Shown in pieces: positions 55,204 to 64,000 of a stretch of DNA of 64,000 bases. The notes beneath the pieces were generated by a model that searched no databases, was not told where the DNA came from, and was given only the letters and a program-made list of their open reading frames with translations. The stretch comes from Hormiphora californensis. Its lineage: Eukaryota; Animalia; Ctenophora. The first letter of the stretch is position 1. Each line of letters opens with the position of its first letter. The translations under genes and the position numbers were made by a program. The stretch lies in NCBI GenBank assembly GCA_020137815.1, contig CM035350.1:10292001-10356000 (forward strand). The letters are read 5' to 3'.

Positions 55204-57682
55204 CTCGGTACAAGGAACACAACCATTAGTGGAAACTCCTGTCAAAACTGGGTCAACTACACTAGTTACGAGTTAGTTGTTAGTTGGGGTGGGGTGGGGT
55301 GGGGTGGGGTGGAGGGGTGGGGTGGGTCAACTACACCAGTTACGAGTTAGTTTCAATGGGGTGGGGTGGGGTGGGGTGGTGGGGTGGGGTGGTGGGGTGG
55401 GTGGAGGGTCAACTACACCAGTTACGAGTTAGTTTCAATGGGGTGGGGTGGGGTGGAGAGGGGTGGGATGGGGGGATGGGGTCAACTACACCAGTTACGA
55501 GTTAGTTGTTAGTTGGGGTGGGGTGGAGGGGTGGGGTGGAGGGGTGGGGTGGGTGGGGGTGAGGGAACCCCCCCCCCCCTCTAACTACACCAGTTACGAG
55601 TTAGTTTCAATGGGGTGGGTGGGGTGGAGGAGGGGTGGGATGGAGGGATGGGGTCAACTACACCAGTTACGAGTTAGTTGTTAGTTGGGGTGGGGTGGAG
55701 GGGTGGGGTGGGGTGGGGTGGAGGGAACCCCCCCCCCCTCTCAACTACACCAGTTACGAGTTATTTCAATGGGGTGGGGTGGGGTGGGGTGGAGGAGGGT
55801 GGGATGGGGTCAACTACACAGTTATGAGTTAGTTGTTAGTCGACCACCCCCCCCCCTCTCAACTACACCAGTTACGAGTTAGTTGTTAGTCGACCCCCCC
55901 CTACACCAGTTACGAGTTAGTTGTTAGTCGACCCATCAAATAGTAATAACTAGACAACCCATCAGATAGAGGCATCTTATAGTGTTCCTTTATAAACCGG
56001 GTTGTCGAAGTTATCTGAATTTCCACTCCAGAGAGGGTATTTACGGAGTTGGTGATCACAATTACTGTAGAAACCTAGACTTTGCACTGGAAGTACCCTG
56101 GTGTTACATCAACAATGTCACACTCCTAAAGGAAAAGTGTTTCCCCTCAACCCCATGCAGTGAGTTAAATTCCTTCGGCCTTCTGATATAATTAATATTT
56201 TAATTAACCTAACTTGATTAATTAACCTAACTAGTTCAATCAACCTAACTTGATTAATTAACCTAACTAGTTCAATTAATTAACCTAACTTGTTCGATCA
56301 TTAACCTAACTTAATTAATTAACCTAACTTGTTCAATTAACCTAACTTGTTCAGCATGTTGGAGTGGGTCTCAGACCTCTTATCGGGGTTACAAGAATCA
56401 CACTGTATCGGGGATCACTTGCCAACCATGGTCCTCCCAATCACCTCAAGAGCATGACTATACCCCAGAGAAGTAAGCTAATTCCTCCATCCCCCCCCCC
56501 CTTAGTGATCAATCAAACAGTTGCATTATATTGTTGTAATTCAGTGATCAATCAAACAGCTGCATTATATTGTTGTGATTCAATCAAACTCCTCCATTTT
56601 GCGCCAGTGTAGGGGTGGCCACGTCACCAACCATTTCAACATTTCTCCCATTCTAGCTACCCGAATGAGGGCTTGGACTCAAACTACTGTAGAAATCCAA
56701 GTGGAAGCAAAGCGTGGTGTTACTCAGAAGACAAATCTGTAAGATGGGGCTATTGTGATCTCCCATCTTGTAACCTCGATATTGCCGGTAAGAGCCCAAT
56801 GAAAACAGCAAAGTGCTAATGTATTTGAGTCAAGACACCACTTCCTAATACCTAGAAAACTGTCGATACTATGCTGCGTACTTTTATCGTGGAAATATCA
56901 ACAAAAGCGAAGACGGGACCCAGTGCGAGAGTTATTGTCGGAGAGTTGTGGAGCCTGGGGATAGTTGGACAAAACCAATCTGTTACACAGATATTACCAA
57001 CACATCATCCCATCAAATATGTAGTCTCACAGACGTCTGCAACGACTTTACTTATCGTAAGCAATCTGTAACTTCAATTTACCTTGAACTACTCCGGAAA
57101 AATACTATATTTCAAGATTACTCTCTTACTAAAGAACACTTCGTTCACACAGTGTGCGGGGACGAGGAGGATTCTTATGCAACATACACTGGAAGTTACG
57201 CTGTCACGGAGACTGGGTGGGAGTGTAGAGACTGGTCTGATGTCCTGGATACCGCAACCCTGGCATTGTACCCCACTCTGGAGCACAACTACTGTAGAAA
57301 TGTTAATGGGTCGGAGCTCAATAAGACTAGAGCGTGGTGCTACTCTACCAACCCTGATGAAGAGTTCGAGTTCTGTTCCATACCGTCATGCTCTGACATA
57401 GGTAATATGCAAGAAATACATCTTTCTAAATCTTCATTGAGTCTGATTTCAGTTGGAAGTAACTCGTCCTATCTCCTGGAAACGTGGCAAACAGACATCA
57501 CGGATGGGGAAGTTACCACTGCTAACCTTACTTGTACTGCCACTATCACACTACTGAATCAAGAGCCCTTTGTTCATAAAGTTGAGGTGTCCATTGAACA
57601 GGTCCCTTCAGAAAGTAAGATTAAATTAATTGCAACATGTCGAACCACTTCATTCATCAGTGGAATTTGGTTGAAAATATAA
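55204..57682 (+). CDS. Multi-kringle protein (4 kringle-like domains), 5' end missing
   Basis: Exons give GTRNTTISGNSCQNW|..HNYCRNLD..PWCY, YRGYKNHTVSGITCQPW|..NYCRNPSGSKAWCY, YRGNINKSEDGTQCESYCR and YTGSYAVTETGWECRDW..HNYCRN..AWCY. The stop at 57682 is followed by AATAAA. Confidence 0.82.
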
Positions 57683-58033
57683 AGTTGAACTCAAACAATA
57701 AAATAAAGCAGTCTATAAAAGAGTTTTTGAGTCCGGCCCCATGCGAGGAACATCAATCACTACAAACACACACTAAATCACACAAAATAAAGTTCCACAT
57801 TTGTGTAGTGAAAGATGGGTAGTGAAAGGTAGGGGGGGTTCCAACCTATTTTTTTGTATTTTTTTGTATTTTTTCGTACGGACCATACATAAAAGTATCC
57901 AAAATTCCTGTTTTTTTCCATACAAACAATACAAAAAAGTACAAAAAAATACAAAAAAATAATGAAGGATGTGGGTGCGTGAAAAAAGTATAAATAATAC
58001 ATAGATACATGAACATAAACCCAGCTATACTAA

Positions 58034-59300
58034 ACGGTAAGAAATTGCGATTCGGGAAATTTCTCGCTTAGAAAATACGATTCGAGAAAATTTTCTCGGT
58101 AAGAAATTGCGATTCGGAAAAATTTCTCGCTTAGAAAATACGATTCGAGAAAATTTTCTCGGTAAGAAATTGCGATTTGGAGAAATTTCTCGCTTAAAAA
58201 TACGATTCGAGAAAATTTTCTCGGTAAGAAATTGCGATTTGGAGAAATTTCTCGCTTAGAAAATACGATTCGAAAAATTTTCTCGGTAAGAAATTGCGAT
58301 TCGAGGAAATTTCTCGCTTAGAAAATACGATTCGAGAAAATTTTCTCGGTAAGAAATTGCGATTCGGGGAAATTTCTCGCTTAGAAAATACGATTCGAGA
58401 AAATTTTCTCGGTAAGAAATTGCGATTTGGAGAAATTTCTCGCTTAGAAAATACGATTCGAGAAAATTTTCTCGGTAAGAAATTGCGATTCGAGGAAATT
58501 TCTCGCTTAGAATACGATTCGAGAAAATTTCTCGGTAAGAAATTGCGATTCGGGAAATTTCTCGCTTAGAAAATACGATTCGGAGAAAATTTTCTCGGTA
58601 AGAAATTGCGATTCGGGGAAATTTCTCGCTTAGAAATTACGATTCGGAAAAATTTTCTCGGTAAGAAATTGCGATTCGAGGAAACTTCTCGCTTAGAAAA
58701 TACGATTCGAGAAAATTTTCTCGGTAAGAAATTGCGATTCGGGGAAATTTCTCGCTTAGTTAATACGATTCGGGAAAATTTTCTCGGTAAGAAATTGCAT
58801 TCGGGGAAATTTCTCGCTTAGAAAATACGATTAGAAAAATTTTCTCGGTAAGAAATTGCGTTTCGGGAAATTTCTCGATTCGAGAAAATTTTCTCGGTAA
58901 GAATTGCGATTCGAGGAAACTTCTCGCTTAGAAAATACGATTCGAGAAAAAAATTTTCTCGGTAAGAAATTGCGATTCGGGATTTTCGGTTCGTATTGGT
59001 CGGGGAAATTTCTCTTAAATTTTCGCTTAGATTAACGATTCGGGAAATTTTCTCGGTAAGAAATTGAGATTCGGGGGAAATTTCTCGCTTAGAAAATACG
59101 ATTGAGAAAATTTTCTCGGTAGAAATTGGCGATTCGCGGGAAAATTTTCTTCTCTGCTAGAAAATACGATTCGAGAAATTTTCTCGGTAAGAAATTGCGA
59201 TTCGGGGAAATTTCTCGCTTAGAAAATACGATTCGAGAAAAAATTTTCTTTTTCTTTTTTTTGGTAAGAATGCGACGGAAATTTTGTTAGAAATCGATCG
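58034..59300 (+). repeat. 63 bp satellite (two related ~31 bp halves), degrading into garbled sequence
   Basis: Unit cggtaagaaattgcgattcggggaaatttctcgcttagaaaatacgattcgagaaaattttct. Confidence 0.95.
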
Positions 59301-60049
59301 GAAAATTTAATCTGCGATTTAAATTGGATTTATTTCGGGGAAATTTCTTTTTTTTGCCATTCTCTTATTTTCCTCCCCTATTTCTTTTCTTCTCGCTTAG
59401 TGTAGAGAAGAAAAATACGATAATATCTCGTTCGAGAAAATTTTTCCTTTTTTCTCGGTAAAGAAATTTGCGCTTTTTGTTTTACCGTTTTTCTCTATTC
59501 TTCTTTCCTACGGGGGAAAATTTCTCTTTTTTCTTCTTTTTTTTGTCCTTTATTCCCTTTCTCGCCGCTTAGAAAAATACGATTTGCGTTCGGGGGTCCG
59601 GGAAAAATTTTTTTTTTCGTCGGGTATGAGATGGTAGTGTGGGGAAGAAAATTTGGAAGGAATTGTTTCTTTGCGATTCGGTAGTATTTCGATTTTTTTA
59701 TTTTGAATTTCGTTCGGCGATTCGGGTCAGGATTCGGGGAAAATTTCTTTCTTTCCCCCCTCATTTTTTCCCCCGGTTTTCCCCCTTTCCTCTTTCTCCG
59801 CTTAGAAGAAATAAGGTTTTCTCGCCTTTTAGTTTAGGAAAATACTGACGATTTCTCAAAAAAAAAAAATAATCTAAATACGGATCTTTTCGTCGGAGAA
59901 AATTTTTTTTCCTTTTTTTTTTTTCTCGGTAGTACTAGGGAAATTGGCAATTTTTTCGGGGAAAAAATTTTCTCTTTTTTTTCTCGCTTAATAGAGAAAA
60001 TAAAAACGATTCCACTGCGTCGGAATTCGTAACGGATTCGAGAGTCTCG

Positions 60050-60092
<43 letters not shown>

Positions 60093-60278
60093 CTTCTCGG
60101 GTAAAGGAAAAATTCGCGAAATTTTCTCGGAAATTTTATCATTTGCATGTTTGTCTATTCCTTTAATTCTTTCGTTCTTTTTTTATTTGCTTTTTGATAT
60201 TCGATATTTATGCTGGACTAAGCTCACAATATGGTAAGAGTGTGGTGGGTGGAATGAGGGGTGGGAAATGGCAGGGAG

Positions 60279-62309
60279 GGGTCAACTACACCAGTTACGA
60301 GTTAGTTGTTAGTTGGGTGGGGTGGAGGGGTGGGGTGGGGTGGGGTGGAGGGAACCCCCCCCCCCCTCTCAACTACACCAGTTACGAGTTAGTTTCAATG
60401 GGGTGGGGTGGGGTGGGGTGGAGGAGGGGTGGGATGGGGTCAACTACACCAGTTATGAGTTAGTTGTTAGTCGACCACCCCCCCCCCCCTCTCAACTACA
60501 CCAGTTACGAGTTAGTTGTTAGTCGACCCCCCCCTACACCAGTTACGAGTTAGTTGTTAGTCGACCCATCAAATAGTAATAACTAGACAACCCATCAGAT
60601 AGAGGCATCTTATAGTGTTCCTTTATAAACCGGGTTGTCGAAGATCTGAATTTCCACTCCAGAGAGGGTATTTACGGAGTTGGTGATCACAATTACTGTA
60701 GAAACCTAGATTTTGCACTGGAAGTACCCTGGTGTTACATCAACAATGTCACACTCCTAAAGGAAAAGTGTTTCCCCTCAACCCCATGCAGTGAGTTAAA
60801 TTCCTTCGGCCTTCTGATATAATTAATATTTTAATTAACCTAACTTGATTAATTAACCTAACTAGTTCAATCAACCTAACTTGATTAATTAACCTAACTA
60901 GTTCAATTAATTAACCTAACTTGTTCGATCAATTAACCTAACTTAATTAATTAACCTAACTTGTTCAATTAACCTAACTTGTTCAGCATGTTGGAGTGGG
61001 TCTCAGACCTCTTATCGGGGTTACAAGAATCACACTGTATCGGGATCACTTGCCAACCATGGTCCTCCCAATCACCTCAAGAGCATGACTATACCCAGAG
61101 AAGTAAGCTAATTCCTCCATCCCCCCCCCCCTTAGTGATCAATCAAACAGTTGCATTATATGTTGTAATTCAGTGATCAATCAAACAGCTGCATTATATT
61201 GTTGTGATTCAATCAAACTCCTCCATTTTGCGCCAGTGTAGGGGTGGCCACGTCACCAACCATTTCAACATTTCTCCCATTCTAGCTACCCGAATGAGGG
61301 CTTGGACTCAAACTACTGTAGAAATCCAAGTGGAAGCAAAGCGTGGTGTTACTCAGAAGACAAATCTGTAAGATGGGGCTATTGTGATCTCCCATCTTGT
61401 AACCTCGATATTGCCGGTAAGAGCCCAATGAAAACAGCAAAGTGCTAATGTATTTGAGTCAAGACAACCACTTCCTAATACCTAGAAAACTGTCGATACT
61501 ATGCTGGTACTTTTATCGTGGAAATATCAACAAAAGCGAAGACGGGACCCAGTGCGAGAGTTATTGTCGGAGAGTTGTGGAGCCTGGGGATAGTTGGACA
61601 AAACCAATCTGTTACACAGATATTACCAACACATCATCCCATCAAATATGTAGTCTCACAGACGTCTGCAACGACTTTACTTATCGTAAGCAATCTGTAA
61701 CTTCAATTTACCTTGAACTACTCCGGAAAATACTATATTTCAAGATTACTCTCTTACTAAAGAACACTTCGTTCACACAGTGTGCGGGGACGAGGAGGAT
61801 TCTTATGCAACATACACTGGAAGTTACGCTGTCACGGAGACTGGGTGGGAGTGTAGAGACAGGTCTGATGTCCTGGATACCGCAACCCTGGCATTGTACC
61901 CCACTCTGGAGCACAACTACTGTAGAAATGTTAATGGGTCGGAGCTCAATAAGACTAGAGCGTGGTGCTACTCTACCAACCCTGATGAAGAGTTCGAGTT
62001 CTGTTCCATACCGTCATGCTCTGACATAGGTAATATGCAAGAAATACATCTTTCTAAATCTTCATTGAGTCTGATTTCAGTTGGAAGTAACTCGTCCTAT
62101 CTCCTGGAAACGTGGCAAACAGACATCACGGATGGGGAAGGACCACTGCTAACCTTACTTGTACTGCCACTATCACACTACTGAATCAAGAGCCCTTTGT
62201 TCATAAAGTTGAGGTGTCCATTGAACAGGTCCCTTCAGAAAGTAAGATTAAATTAATTGCAACATGTCGAACCACTTCATTCATCAGTGGAATTTGGTTG
62301 AAAATATAA
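60279..62309 (+). other. Near-identical second copy of the kringle gene segment (differs mostly by 1-bp indels)
   Basis: Matches ~55650-57682 and continues into the same downstream sequence and satellite. Probably an assembly duplication. Confidence 0.7.
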
Positions 62310-62662
62310 AGTTGAACTCAAACAATAAAATAAAGCAGTCTATAAAAGAGTTTTTGAGTCCGGCCCCATGCGAGGAACATCAATCACTACAAAACACACA
62401 AATAAATCACACAAAATAAAGTTCCACATTTGTGTAGTGAAAGATGGGTAGTGAAAGGTAGGGGGGGTTCCAACCTATTTTTTTGTATTTTTTTGTATTT
62501 TTTCGTACGGACCATACATAAAAGATCCAAAATTCCTTTTTTTTCCATACAAACAATACAAAAAAGTACAAAAAAATACAAAAAAATAATGAAGGATGTG
62601 GGTGCGTGAAAAAAGTATAAATAATACATAGATACATGAACATAAACCCAGCTATACATAAA

Positions 62663-64000
62663 CGGTAAGAAATTGCGATTCGGGGAAATTTCTCGTAGAA
62701 AATACGATTCGAGAAAATTTTCTCGGTAAGAAATTGCGATTCGGGAAAATTTCTCGCTTAGAAAATACGATTCGAGAAAATTTTCTCGGTAAGAAATTGC
62801 GATTTGGAGAAATTTCTGCTTAGAAAATACGATTCGAGAAAATTTTCTCGGTAAGAAATTGCGATTTGGAGAAATTTCTCGCTTAGAAAATACGATTCGA
62901 GAAAATTTTCTCGGTAAGAAATTGCGATTCGAGGAAATTTCTCGCTTAGAAAATACGATTCGAGAAAATTTTCTCGGTAAGAAATTGCGATTCGGGGAAA
63001 TTTCTCGCCTAGAAAATACGATTCGAGAAAATTTTCTCGGTAAGAAATTGCGATTTGGAGAAATTTCTCGCTTAGAAAATACGATTCGAGAAATTTTCTC
63101 GGTTAGAAATTGCGATTCGAGAAATTTTCTCGCTTAGAAACTGCGATTCGAGAAATTTTTCTCGGTAAGAAATTGCGATTCGGGGAAATTTCTCGCTTAG
63201 AAAATACGATTCGGGAAAATTTTCTCGGTAAGAAATTGCGATTCGGGGAAATTTCTCGCTTAGAAAATACGATTCGAGAAAATTTTCTCGGTAAGAAATT
63301 GCGATTCGAGGAAACTTCTCGCTTAGAAAATACGATTCGAGAAAATTTTCCGGTAAGAAATTGCGATTCGGGGAAATTTCTCGCTTAGTTAATACGATTC
63401 GGGAAAATTTTCTCGGTAAGAAATTGCGATTCGGGGAAATTTCTCGCTTAGAAAATACGATTAGAGAAAATTTTCTCGGTAAGAAATTGCGATTCGGGGA
63501 AATTTCTCGATTCGAGAAAATTTTCTCGGTAAGAAATTGCGATTCGAGGAAACTTCTCGCTTAGAAAATACGATTCGAGAAAATTTTCTCGGTAAGAAAT
63601 TGCGATTCGGGGAAATTTCTCGCTTAGTTAATACGATTCGGGAAAATTTTCTCGGTAAGAAATTGCGATTCGGGGAAATTTCTCGCTTAGAAAATACGAT
63701 TGAGAAAATTTTCTCGTAAGAAATTGCGATTCGGGGAAATTTCTCGCTTAGAAAATACGATTCGAGAAAATTTTCTCGGTAAGAAATTGCGATCGGGGAA
63801 ATTTCTCGCTTAGAAAATACGATTCGGGAAAATTTTCTCGGTAAGAAATTGCGATTCGGGGAAATTTCTCGCTTAGAAAATACGATTCGAGAAAATTTTC
63901 TCGGTAAGAAATTGCGATTCGGGGAAATTTCTCGCTTGAAAATACGATTCGGGAAAATTTTCTCGGTAAGAAATTGCGATTCGGGGAAATTTCTCGCTTA
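62663..64000 (+). repeat. 63 bp satellite, second array, runs to the window end
   Basis: Same unit as at 58034. Confidence 0.96.

Noticed and set aside
30865-55930. CRISPR-like repeat/spacer arrays (30865, 32005, 33398, 55252)
   Set aside because: The context is eukaryotic and intronic, there are no cas genes, the spacers are absent or low-complexity G-runs, and several repeats derive from exon ends.
55171-57682. Kringle exons as an inverted N-terminus of the GPCR
   Set aside because: The kringle gene has its own stop codon and AATAAA signals, so it looks like the 3' end of an independent gene.
58980-60240. Apparent progressive degeneration of the satellite
   Set aside because: Pattern typical of a low-quality read end at a contig join, not biology.
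60279-64000. Second kringle gene as a true paralog
   Set aside because: It differs from the first copy mainly by scattered 1-bp indels and follows a garbled junction. Probably a false duplication.

Overview
Animal nuclear DNA, most likely from a ctenophore. That assignment is inferred from the compact genes, GA/G-run-rich introns, LDLa-7TM receptors without LRRs and TA-flanked MITEs. The assembly looks noisy: there are indels inside conserved exons and two garbled stretches (~21.7-23.6 kb and ~59.0-60.2 kb). I reconstructed these spliced genes by eye: CNOT10 (-, partial), an unknown ORF containing a coding-frame minisatellite (+), METTL26 (-), TAT (-), an intronless SLC35G-like transporter (+), RBM45 (+), an LDLa-GPCR (-), a 10-exon orphan 7TM gene missed by the ORF track (+), OFD1 (-), two more LDLa-GPCR copies (-) and a duplicated multi-kringle gene (+). 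Mobile DNA includes an intact L2-group LINE nested inside a TA-flanked TIR element, itself inside a TTAGGG-bearing Helentron-like element, plus two foldback elements, several MITEs and satellites. The most striking pattern is that at least 13 exon-intron junctions in 7 genes are tandemly re-copied into the adjacent intron, usually with G-rich spacers. The splice dinucleotide is kept, and the copies differ almost only at synonymous or third codon positions. Second, the LINE ORF2 has no usable ATG and overlaps ORF1 in the -1 frame across a canonical A-AAA-AAC slippery heptamer.
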